A stretch of DNA of 64,000 bases from an uncultured Actinomycetes bacterium. Lineage in GTDB: Bacteria; Actinomycetota; UBA4738; HRBIN12. The position numbers and the translations under genes are program-made. Position 1 is the stretch's first letter. Each line of letters opens with the position of its first letter. Shown piece after piece: positions 42,480-51,770 of this stretch. The notes beneath the pieces were generated by a model. That model saw only the letters and a list, made by a program, of their open reading frames with translations, had not been told where the DNA came from and ran no database searches. Location of the stretch: the NCBI GenBank assembly GCA_963810945.1, contig CAWEPI010000008.1, positions 1,238,850-1,302,849 of the forward strand, in the 5' to 3' direction.

Positions 42480-42780
42480 GGCACGCAAGTGGTCCCAGGC
42501 AACCTTCTACGACCGGCTTGGTTTCCTCACGGTACCTCGGCTTTGGGGTCTCCCAGATTCCCCGCAGGCACAGGCAGTTGGCTTTCCCACCCATACCCAC
42601 AAGTACTCCGAGTCGCCTTACGGCTCTAGCCCACTCGGTTCCCTGCTTCGATCTGTTCGGCCGCCTGGGACCGATCACGAACCTATGGCGGATCGCCGAT
42701 CGGGTCAATACGCCCCCGACCAGCGCACATGGCCTCTGACCTGCGGTCCTGCGGCCGCAGAAAGAGTGACAAGAGCGCTA
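42480..42780. other. ~300-bp lower-GC (~60%) non-coding segment; candidate sRNA or decayed remnant
   Basis: No ORF of coding character here; composition differs from the ~70% GC flanks, and it sits between the TfoX_N fragment and the CDGSH gene. The two six-frame ORFs overlapping it (42292..42708 minus, 42518..42739 plus) lack coding character. Confidence 0.2.
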
Positions 42781-43437
42781 GCCCCGGAAGCCGATCTCGT
42801 CGTGGGTCGCGTCGCAGAACGGCTTGTTCGAGGACTGACCGCAGCGACACAGGGTCACACGGTTCCTCGTCTCCCACACCTGGCCGTCCGCAGACTCGAC
42901 CCGCACGCCGCCGCGGACCCAGTACGGTCCGTTCCGCTCCACCACGATGCTCGGCTCGAAGGAGGCCTCGATCGGTTCGCCGCCCTCGTCGATCAGCACG
43001 AGCCGGCCCGACGGACACCGGAACGCGATGGCCTCTTCCTTGGCGCGGACCTCGGGGTCGTCGATGGTGTCCATCCGTTCCCAGGCGTCGCTGAGGTGGT
43101 CACGGCAGAAGCCCGCGTGCGTGCAGAGAGACTCGTCGTCGGTGAGCGTCAAGCCGCCCCCGGGAAATGACGCGCGGCGCTCGGCCGTGGGCCGCCGATC
43201 GGCGACCTCCGTGCCGTCGAAGCCATCCAGGTGGGAGTCGTCGCAGAACGGCTTCGTCTTGGAGCGGCCGCAGCGACAGAGCTTGACCAGCCGACCGGTT
43301 TCGTAGGGCTCGTCGACATCCCACTCGATCGCTTCCCCGCGCGCGGTTCGCACGATCCGCCCCGCGGCCACGGGGATGCCACGGACCGCATATGGGCCAT
43401 CGACGGTGACCTCGATGCCACGTTCCTTCGCCATGGC
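42778..43437 (-). CDS. CDGSH iron-sulfur domain protein (two CDGSH motifs)
   Basis: CRCGRSKTKPFCDDSH and CRCGQSSNKPFCDATH. Start at MAKERGIEV. Confidence 0.75.
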   Translation of the reverse strand, partial: AMAKERGIEVTVDGPYAVRGIPVAAGRIVRTARGEAIEWDVDEPYETGRLVKLCRCGRSKTKPFCDDSHLDGFDGTEVADRRPTAERRASFPGGGLTLTDDESLCTHAGFCRDHLSDAWERMDTIDDPEVRAKEEAIAFRCPSGRLVLIDEGGEPIEASFEPSIVVERNGPYWVRGGVRVESADGQVWETRNRVTLCRCGQSSNKPFCDATHDEIGFRG

Positions 43438-43519
43438 ACCCAACCCTAGCGTCAGATCAGATCCGAGGCGCGGCCCTCGGACTCCGCGCGACGAGGTCCA
43501 CCGTCCGTACGAGAGCGAT

Positions 43520-44569
43520 CTAGCGACAGGGCGTGTAGGGGAGATCGAACAGATCGTCCGTCTTCCGGATCGAGTTGAAGTCGAACCGCGGCGCGTTGGA
43601 CTTCGGGCAGAACGCGGCAGGCTCCGACTCGTACTCCACATCGAACACCGCCTTGCCGTACCGGTTCGGCCAGGCTTGAACCGCTCCGCACTCCGCGAAT
43701 TGCCAGCACTCCTCCTCGATCCCGAAGTCGAAGTAGGGCTGGAGTGCCGCGGCCTGATCGCGGTCGTTCTTCAGCCCCACCGCGAAGCCCACCCGATGCG
43801 CCATGTTCGCCAGGGTCGCGTTGTACTGCTTCTGCGTGGCCGCACCGATCGAGAGTCCCGAGTCGCTCTGATAGGCGTCCACGTCGTCGAACTCGATCGC
43901 ATCCACGCCGATCAGCTTCGCCTCCTTCACGCGCGCGAGCATCTCGTCCAACACGAACCGTTGCGTGGTCTCGGACTTGCCCGTGTTGGGGTTGATCCCC
44001 TTCACGTCGGTGTTGATGTTCAGCCAGTACTCGTCGGGGAAGCTGCTGAGCGGGTTCCCGAACAGGCATCCGTCACAGCTCTGATCGAACGCCTGCATCT
44101 CCGGGAAGTCCGGACGCCAGGTCTCGGCGGTGCCGGCATCGATGTAGCCGATCACCCGCGCACCCCGCACGTGCAACGCTCGGACGGCCGGGTAGTTCAG
44201 GACGGTGTAATCCTGCGGTGAGTAGCACTTGCCGTCTTGCAGGATGTCGATGTCGAAGACCGTCGGCGCGACCGTCAGGCCACTCGCGAACGACGTGCCC
44301 GTCACACCGATGTTGACGAACCCGGTGCTCTTGAACCGGCACCCGCCCCTCGCGCGAGGCGACCCCTGCAACTGGTACTGCCACCGGGCCTTGACGGCCG
44401 GTTTCCAGCAGGGACCGATCGACTGATCGCACGGCACGGGCCTGGGCATGAGCGCCGAGGCGGAGCTCGCACCTATCCCTGCTGCGGGGAACGCCGACAG
44501 GAACAGGACCAACAGCCCGAGCGAAAGCGATGCGACGAGGCGCTCGACGCGCGATACACGAGCCTTCAT
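43520..44569 (-). CDS. secreted glycoside hydrolase family 114-like protein (endo-alpha-1,4-polygalactosaminidase-like TIM barrel)
   Basis: gggagg SD. Signal peptide. GH114-like segments (GVDAIEFDDVDAY, GFAVGLKND). Confidence 0.6.
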   Translation of the reverse strand: MKARVSRVERLVASLSLGLLVLFLSAFPAAGIGASSASALMPRPVPCDQSIGPCWKPAVKARWQYQLQGSPRARGGCRFKSTGFVNIGVTGTSFASGLTVAPTVFDIDILQDGKCYSPQDYTVLNYPAVRALHVRGARVIGYIDAGTAETWRPDFPEMQAFDQSCDGCLFGNPLSSFPDEYWLNINTDVKGINPNTGKSETTQRFVLDEMLARVKEAKLIGVDAIEFDDVDAYQSDSGLSIGAATQKQYNATLANMAHRVGFAVGLKNDRDQAAALQPYFDFGIEEECWQFAECGAVQAWPNRYGKAVFDVEYESEPAAFCPKSNAPRFDFNSIRKTDDLFDLPYTPCR

Positions 44570-44706
44570 CTCTGCCTCCCTACGTGTGCGGGCTCGAGAT
44601 GAGATCAGGAACCCGGCTACGGAACGCCAGGACACCTCGCATTCAAGTACGCAGCGAGCGCTCGGCGCAAGAGCCCCGAGTCCTCCAGCCCGGCGTCGGA
44701 GGGCGC

Positions 44707-46834
44707 CTATCCCGTCAGCGGTATCAGGCCCCGGATGAGGGTCCCCGCCCCCGGCCGACTCTCGACCTCCAGCCTCCCCCCGATGGCGTCGAGACGGTCC
44801 GCCATGCCCTGCAACCCCGAGCCCCTGGCGGACCCCGGCTCGAACCCGCGACCGTCGTCCCGGATCTGGAACGTGAGCCACCCGTCCGCCTCCTCCAGGC
44901 GCACCACCGCCGAGGTCGCCTCGGCGTACTTCGCCACGTTCTGGAGCGCCTCGAGGGCGCAGAAGTAGACCGTCGCCTCCACCTGTTGGTCGTACCGCCC
45001 GATCCCGTCGACCTCCACGGTCGCGGGGAGGGAGGCCTTGCGGGCCTGTGCCTCGAGCGCCGCGGCGAGACCTCTGTCGGCCAGCAGCGGTGGGTAGATC
45101 CCGCGGGCGAGATCGCGGAGGTCAGTCGAGGGCGTCATGGAGCATCTGCTGGAGTCCCGGGATCGCGCCGGTGACGTTCTCCGCCCCGGGCACATCGCGA
45201 GCGAACCGATCGAGGAGCCCGAGCTGGACGCCGAGCGCGACGAGCTGCTGTTGCGCGCCGTCGTGCAGGTTCCGCTCGATCTTCCGCCGCTCCGAGTCCT
45301 GCGCCTCGACGAGCCGACGACGTGACGCGCGGAGCTCGTCGATCGTGTTGCGCAGCTCTGCGTTGAGTCGGACGTTGCGGACGACGAGCGCGGCCTGGGA
45401 TGCGACGTGCTGCGCCAACGCCGTCTCGGTGGGCGACAGCGGCTCGTTCCTCGGCTTGCGGAGGGCGACCACCCCCAGGGTTTCGTCGTCCTGCCGCACC
45501 GGGAACGCCGCGGTGGCATCGGCGAACGCCGACAGATCGTCGTCGCCGGCCACGGCGCGTGGCGGGGGCTGGGGCGCGCCTCCGGGCCAGATCGCGGCGG
45601 TCCGGAGCGTCGTGCCGACCCTGGACCAGACCTCCACCGCAGTGGCTCCCGTCCCGCTCGCGAGCAGCGACACCATCCGGTCGAGCTGCTCCTCGAGCGG
45701 CAGGGTGCGGGCCATGGCGTCGGCGAACTCCGACAGCACCTGGTAGGGCGTCGCCCGCTCGCCGTAGACCACGCGGTTCGCGACCCTCTGCGCGCGCCGC
45801 CGCAGCGGCTGGAACAGGACCGCGATCACGACGGCCGCGGCGACGGTGAGGAGGGGTCCCCCGCCGTATCCGGCCAGCGCTCCGATACCGGCCACGATGA
45901 CGATGTAGACGCCGGTCACCGCGGCCGCGAGCAGGCCGTAGACGACGGTGCGGTTGATGATCACGTCGATCTGGTACAGGCCGTGCCTGAGGATCGCGAT
46001 CGTGATCGCGAGGGGTATCCCGAGCAGCGCGAGGAGCGCGGACGCGAGGCCGATGACCGTGGTGACGACGGCGTCGTTCCCCACCGTGACCAACGAGATC
46101 GTGAGGGCGACCTGGGACGCGACCTCCGCGCCGGCCGCGAAGGCCACCCACTTGATCTGTTGACGGAGCTCGGGATCGCCCGACCGATAGCGGACGACGA
46201 GGGCGGCGGCGGCCGCCACGAACACGAGTGCGGACACGACCCCGAGGCCGGGGATCGTCCCGAGGACGTCGAAACGGAATCCCGAGACGCCGAGGGGGTT
46301 CGGGAACCTCAGCGAGACGCCTCCGGGTGCGGGCAGCGCGACCTGACGAGGGGTGAGGATGAACCCGATCAGCGAGATCACGGTCGCGACCGCCGCAGCG
46401 ATCGCCACCGGACGCCAGCGCGGCGACGGGAGGCTCCCCGTCGGGAAGATCAGGAACATGAACGCGAGGCCCAGCACGACCGGCACGAACAGCCATTCCG
46501 CGGACGCCCCGACCACCTTCGGGATCGGCCACAGGCCCGGGTGGGCGACCCCGATCACGGCGTAGGCGGAGGTCACGCAGATCAGGGCGAGCCCGGCACC
46601 CTCCCCGATCAACAGCCAGCCGATCGGGTTGCGGACGCGGATGACGATCACCGTTCCGAGCGCCGCGTAGACGACGGCGGCAAGGGGTAGACCGAGGAGC
46701 GGGTAGGCGTCCACCGGCTTCAGGTGCGGCCACGCGACCCCGGCAAGGACGACGCCGAGGATGGCGAGGACGATCGCGGCGATCAGGAACGGGACCGGTG
46801 ATACGTGCCTCGACCCGTTCCCGCGTGACATCAC
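44707..46834 (-). CDS. large multi-TM sensor histidine kinase (HisKA_3/HATPase_c), orphan; one frameshift
   Basis: Ten or more TM helices, a GAF-like middle region, then ...QMLHDALD*. DLRDLARGIYPPLL...HATPase_c continues in frame +1. A 1-nt insertion near 45125 creates the stop. Confidence 0.75.
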
Positions 46835-46991
46835 GTCATCCCCCGACAGAGCCTGGTTCCCTGCGTCGCCCCAGTATTCCGCCCCGCAGCCCTCTATGCG
46901 CTGGTGTCTCCACCACTGTGCGGATGGGAGGGTCGCACCACCGCCTGACGAGGGACGCAGTTCGGCGCCTCGATCTCGAGCGACGCGGCAG

Positions 46992-47510
46992 CTACTGCCG
47001 AGGCCTCATCAGGATCGTCAGAGGGGTCGCGGGAACCCCGTTCGATGGCTGCCCACCTCTGAAGCTCGAAGGCCCGCCGATGATCCGGCCGCTGGGTAGC
47101 GCGTGCCACCGGACGAGGTAGAGGCCCGGCCCTTGGTTGGTGAAATGCCTACGCCACGTGATCCGCGAGTCGAAGTGCCCGAACATCGGTGGACGGATCC
47201 GGAACGCGTGGCACTCCACGGTTCCGTTCGGGGCCTGCACGCACAGCCGGTAGCGGTGGAAGTATCGGCCGCCGGGGCCGGCGATCACCATCTGCCAGCC
47301 GCGATCGGGGTCCGGGTAACGGTACACAGCCATACACAGCCGGTGCGCAGTTGCACACGGTGGGGGCGGTGGGATGGCCTTCGCGGGTGTCGCGGACGTG
47401 AGCACGAGTAGGGCCACTGAGAGCGCGGGAACGAACGCCACCCAGATGACCTTCCTCGAACGGACCGCGGCGATCTGCCGTGGGATGTGGCGAGCTTCGT
47501 CGGCGAGCAT
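46992..47510 (-). CDS. secreted hypothetical protein
   Basis: ggaaggag SD. Signal/TM segment VIWVAFVPALSVALLVLTSATPAKA. Confidence 0.45.
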   Translation of the reverse strand: MLADEARHIPRQIAAVRSRKVIWVAFVPALSVALLVLTSATPAKAIPPPPPCATAHRLCMAVYRYPDPDRGWQMVIAGPGGRYFHRYRLCVQAPNGTVECHAFRIRPPMFGHFDSRITWRRHFTNQGPGLYLVRWHALPSGRIIGGPSSFRGGQPSNGVPATPLTILMRPRQ

Positions 47511-47600
47511 GCGCGCTCCTTCCGGTTGATCGGCGTGTCCTTCGGTGCGCATGTTCACTTCCGCCTCTTAATGGCGGCTTAAGCCGGTTTGGTCCTCGGC

Positions 47601-48792
47601 TCAGTCGGGGAGGAGCGGGACCCGGAGCCCCTCGCGACGCCCGAGGAGCACACCCCTCGTGACCGCGGACGATCCGAACCGTTCGTGCAGGCTGTCGAGG
47701 GTCGCGTCGATCGCCGACGCGGGCGCGCCGTCGAACGGCAGCGCCAGCTGGACCGCGTCGTCGCCGAACAGGTTGCTGAACGTGATGCCGATCAGCGTGA
47801 TGCCCCGACGGGCGATCTCGGGCAGGGCGTTGGCGAGCAGGATGCGGCCGGCCTCCAGCAGCGTCACCGTGTCCGCCGTCGCCTCGGGCAGGGTGTGCGA
47901 ACGCGTCGCCCGTGAGAAGTCGTCGAACCTGAGGCGCAGCGTCACCGTTCGGCAGACGCGATGCGCCTTCCGCAGGCGCCGGGCGAGCCGATCGACCAGC
48001 GCGATCAGGTCGGTGTCGAGCGTCTCGGGTGACCGTCGCCGTCGACCGAGCGCCCGCTGGGTGCCCATCGAGCGACGACGGCGACCGACCTCCACCCGGC
48101 GCGGATCGCGGTTGTGCGCGAGCGCGTTGAGATGCCGTCCGGCACCCCGTCCCAGGATCCGCACCAGCGCGGGCTCGCCGAGCCCCGCCACCTCCGCGAC
48201 GGTGGTGATCGAGCGCTCCCGCAGCTTCCGCGCGGTCACGGGCCCGACGCCCCACAGCCGCTCGACCGGCAATCCGTGCAGGAACGCGAGCTCGCCGTCG
48301 ACCGGGAACGACGAGCAGGCCGTCGGGCTTGGCGACGCCGCTGGCCACCTTCGCCAGGAACTTCGTTCGTGCCACGCCCACCGTGACGCGGATCCCGACC
48401 CGCTCGAGCACGTCTCGACGCAGGTGCACCGCGATCTCGCTCGGCGTGCCGGAGATCCGGCGCAGCCCGCCGACGTCCAGGAACGCCTCGTCGATCGAGA
48501 GCCCCTCCACGAACGGCGTGGTGTCGTGGAAGACGGCGAACATCGCCTTGCTCGCCTCGCTGTAGGCCTCCATCCGCGGCCTGACGACGATCGCCTGCGG
48601 GCATAGGCGTCGCGCCTGTGTCTCGCCCATCGGGGTTCGCACCCCGTACGCCTTGGCCTCGTAGCTGGCCGCGAGCACGACGCCGCCCCCGACGATCACG
48701 GGGCGGCCGCGCAGCGCCGGGTCGTCGCGCTGCTCGACCGACGCGTAGAAGGAGTCGGCGTCCGCATGCAGGATCGTGCCTTCCCCCTCCAT
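47601..48792 (-). CDS. dinB: DNA polymerase IV (Y-family, DinB); one frameshift
   Basis: ILHADADSFYASVE...SIDEAFLD...KPDGLLVVP is in one frame. VDGELAFLHGLPVERLWGVGPVTARKL... is in the next. A 1-nt insertion near 48285 (cccGgtcgac). Confidence 0.8.
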
Positions 48793-48901
48793 CGGTCGAT
48801 GCTCGCACCAGCCACCGACATGCTGGGGTTGCGGCTCGTCACCCTTGCGAAAACCTGCGGGTCGCGCGAGCATCACTCGAGGAGCGAAGGAAGGAGCTCA
48901 G

Positions 48902-49372
48902 ATGATCCGACCGGCCCCCCTACGGATGTTCGGAGCACTTCTCCTGTGTGGTGCTCTGCTGGCAGGTTGCAGCAGCAGCTCAACCGACTCCGCCACCACC
49001 TCCAGCTCCACGCCCGGCGAGAGCACCGAGAGCACGGGCGCGCCGGTGTCTTCGACGCCTACATCGGGGGGCGACTCCGCCCTGACCGGCACGTGGAACG
49101 GCACGTGGCAGTCCAGCTCGGATGCCTCAGGCACGTTCTCGGTCACGTTCACCCAGACCAGCCCATCGCTGAACGGCACGCTGTCGATCTCCGTGGCGTG
49201 CCTCGACGGTGCGAAGGTGACCGGCACGGTGAGCGGCAGCTCGATCGAGTTCGGGTCGGTGAAGGGTCAGTGCGACATCAGCTACAAGGGTTCGATCGAC
49301 GGCGATCAGATGTCGGGGACCTACGACCTGTCAGGAGCGGCGGGCGGCACCTGGAAGGCCTCGAAGGCGTAG
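48902..49372 (+). CDS. Ser/Thr-rich lipoprotein
   Basis: ggaaggag SD. Lipobox LLAGCSSS. Confidence 0.55.
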   Translation: MIRPAPLRMFGALLLCGALLAGCSSSSTDSATTSSSTPGESTESTGAPVSSTPTSGGDSALTGTWNGTWQSSSDASGTFSVTFTQTSPSLNGTLSISVACLDGAKVTGTVSGSSIEFGSVKGQCDISYKGSIDGDQMSGTYDLSGAAGGTWKASKA

Positions 49373-49454
49373 GCGAGCCCGTGTAGACGGCATCCGTATC
49401 ACCAGTGAATGGCCCTCGGAACGTTCGCTACCGACACGGACATCTCGCTCGAGG

Positions 49455-49880
49455 CTAATCCGCGAGTATCCCACCCCACGCCGCAGGATCGACGTCCGCG
49501 AGCGTCTCGGAGAACGTCCACTGGTGTCCTGCCAGATCTTCCGTCGTGTACTGCCGCTCGCCGTACTCGAAGTCCGTCGGCTCCATCAAGATCCGCGCCC
49601 CATGCGCCTCCGCTCGAGCCCGATGGGCATTGACATCCTCGACACGCACGGTGATCGAATGCGTCACCTCTCCCTCTCGTGGTGGGCAACGGTCGAAACG
49701 CACGTCCCCGACGATGACCGCGCCTTCTCCGATGCTCAGTTGCGAGCGATGGTTCTCTCCGATCTGAAGTCGCTCGACGAACCCGAACGCGGCGCTCAGC
49801 CAAGCGACGGCTTCACGGACGTCCGGGTAGATGAGGACCGGGATGACAACGGCCGAGGGGATGGACCGGTTCTCCTTCAC
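49455..49880 (-). CDS. VOC-family (glyoxalase/bleomycin-resistance fold) protein
   Basis: 141 aa with the paired beta-alpha-beta-beta-beta modules typical of the VOC family. Confidence 0.65.
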   Translation of the reverse strand: MKENRSIPSAVVIPVLIYPDVREAVAWLSAAFGFVERLQIGENHRSQLSIGEGAVIVGDVRFDRCPPREGEVTHSITVRVEDVNAHRARAEAHGARILMEPTDFEYGERQYTTEDLAGHQWTFSETLADVDPAAWGGILAD

Positions 49881-49986
49881 GGTTCCGAAAGCCTAGCGCC
49901 TCGCGAACCTGTCGGGCAGGTGGTGTCGTTTCGACCCTCGCCGCTCGGACGGATCCTCATAGCGCGACCAGAGCACGCCCGACCTC

Positions 49987-50105
49987 TCAGCTCGCGTGCA
50001 GCACCCAGTCGACGTTGAACGGGTCCTCCCACGAAGATCGCGTGGATCCGGAACACGTGTCCCCTTCCCCGAGCGGACGCAGCATGTAGAGGATCTCGAC
50101 CTCGA
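49987..50105 (-). pseudogene. duplicated 3'-terminal fragment of gene 37407..38066
   Basis: About 115 nt nearly identical to 37407..37520 (tcagctcgcgtgcagcacccagtcgacgttgaacgg...gagcggacgcagcatgtagagga). No start and no upstream coding sequence. Confidence 0.5.
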
Positions 50106-50336
50106 CGGGCACGAGCGGGCCGCCCCTCGTCATCGCGCTCCACGGCACGGGGCTCTCACCCGTTGCCTTCCGTGCCACGCTGGCGATGGCGTTCCTGATC
50201 CAGGGCACCGTGTCGCTGGGATGGCTCGCGGGCCAACGCCTGTTCGGGCGCCTTGATCCTGAACGGTTCGGTCGGGTGGTCCTCGTGATGCTCGCGTGTT
50301 CGGGAGTGCTCACGCTCGTGTCGGCCCTGACCTGAG
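50090..50336 (+). pseudogene. C-terminal remnant of a membrane transporter gene (TauE/SafE-like), 5' part missing
   Basis: 81 open codons (...LVIALHGTGLSPVAFRATLAMAFLIQGTVSLGWLAG...VLTLVSALT*) with no plausible start. Begins at the stop of the duplicated fragment. Confidence 0.3.
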
Positions 50337-51324
50337 ATCGGCCGCATCGGATACCGTTTCCTTCGTGGCCGGCTCCCGCACGACGCCCCTGGTCCGCCGC
50401 TTGGCGTGGATCATGCTCGCGTTGTTCGTCGTGTTCGTTGCGGGCGTGATCGGCTACATGGTCCTGGAGGGCTGGGGCTTCGGCGACGCCCTCTACATGA
50501 CGGTCATCACGATGACGACCGTCGGCTTCAAGGAGGTGCGACCACTCGACCAGAGCGGGCAGTGGCTGACGCTCACGATCATCCTGCTCGGGGTCGCGAT
50601 CGCCCTCGTGGGGATCTCCCTCACCGCGGCGATCGTCGCCCAGGCAGAGATCGGCGGGACCACCAGGAGGAAGCGCATGGAGAAGCGGATCGAGGCACTG
50701 CGAGGTCATTTCATCGTCTGCGCCTACGGGCGCGTCGGACGGGCGGCCGTCCGCGAGCTCGAGGCGGCGGCGCTCCCGTTCGTGGTGGTCGATCCGAAGG
50801 AGGACCTGCGCGAGCGGATGGACGAGGACGCCCTGCTCTACCTCGTGGACGACCCCTCGTTGGAGCCCGTGCTCCGGCGCGCGGGCGTCGAACGGGCGCG
50901 AGGGTTGCTCTGCGCGGTCGACTCCGACGCGACGAACGTGTTCATCACGCTCACGGCGCGGCAGATGAACCCGGATCTGTTCATCGTCGCGCGGGCGTCC
51001 GATCCGGGGTCGACGGAGCGCCTCGAGCGTGCCGGAGCCGACCGCGTGGTGTCGCCGTTCGTGTCGAGCGGTCGCCACATGGTGCGGATGGCCCAGGACC
51101 CGAGCATCGTCGACCTCTTCGACGAGGGCTCCGGCGCCGATCGCTCGATCCCCGTCCAGGAACGACTCATCGACGAGGGCGACGCCCTCCAGGGGCGGAC
51201 CGTGGGCGACGTGCCGGGCGTCGTCTTGGCCCTGCGCCGCTCGGACGGCTCCGTGATGGCGCGGCCCGAGAGCACGACGACCCTGCAGGCGAACGACGTC
51301 ATGCTCCTGCTGGCGGCCGACTGA
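50296..51324 (+). CDS. 2-TM cation channel with RCK/TrkA-N and TrkA-C domains; non-canonical filter TVGFKE
   Basis: Pore helix/filter region ALYMTVITMTTVGFKEV, then a Rossmann RCK domain (IVCAYGRVGRAAVREL). Start uncertain. Confidence 0.65.
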   Translation: MFGSAHARVGPDLRSAASDTVSFVAGSRTTPLVRRLAWIMLALFVVFVAGVIGYMVLEGWGFGDALYMTVITMTTVGFKEVRPLDQSGQWLTLTIILLGVAIALVGISLTAAIVAQAEIGGTTRRKRMEKRIEALRGHFIVCAYGRVGRAAVRELEAAALPFVVVDPKEDLRERMDEDALLYLVDDPSLEPVLRRAGVERARGLLCAVDSDATNVFITLTARQMNPDLFIVARASDPGSTERLERAGADRVVSPFVSSGRHMVRMAQDPSIVDLFDEGSGADRSIPVQERLIDEGDALQGRTVGDVPGVVLALRRSDGSVMARPESTTTLQANDVMLLLAAD

Positions 51325-51340
51325 GCCGCACCGAGGGTGT

Positions 51341-51357
51341 GACGCGGGCGTCGCGTC
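51341..51357. terminator. hairpin gacgcg-ggcgt-cgcgtc
   Basis: Inverted repeat between the convergent channel and MmcQ genes. Confidence 0.3.
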
Positions 51358-51360
51358 TCC

Positions 51361-51750
51361 TCACAGGCCGCGCGCGTGTCGCTCGGCCAAGGCAGGCGGC
51401 GCGCACGCGAGCCATCCATCCGCGATCGCGTCCTTGAGGGCCCGCTTGGGGGCGGCTCGCAGCTCGATCAGGATCGCGGCGTATCCGTCGAAGTGCGGGA
51501 TCGTGAAGACCCCCTTCGTCCCGGCGCCGAGCACCGCCTCCTTCTCGATCAGGTCGTCGACCCGGACCGCGAGGATCGGCTCCCGAGGTGGCGTCGCGTC
51601 ACCGAACCGCTTGATGTCGGCCTTCGTGTACGGCCGCTCCCAGGCGAACGTCTTGCCCGCCACGGACCACGAGCGGTTGCCGTGCCGCTCCTGCTCGGTC
51701 ACCTCCAGCAACGCGAGCGCGATCCGGGCCGCGTCGTCGATCGTCGCCAT
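51361..51750 (-). CDS. MmcQ/YjbR-family protein
   Basis: 130 aa with a conserved [10 protein letters not shown]-type core. Confidence 0.55.
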   Translation of the reverse strand: MATIDDAARIALALLEVTEQERHGNRSWSVAGKTFAWERPYTKADIKRFGDATPPREPILAVRVDDLIEKEAVLGAGTKGVFTIPHFDGYAAILIELRAAPKRALKDAIADGWLACAPPALAERHARGL

Positions 51751-51770
51751 CCCTGGACCGTACCGCAAGC

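Noticed and set aside
42480-42780. Possible rRNA, tmRNA, RNase P or tRNA identity of the lower-GC segment
   Set aside because: Only a short GUACCGUGAGG-like match to 23S. None of the hallmark motifs (GGAAAGUCCGG, GGUUCGAUUCC) are present. Left as unclassified non-coding.
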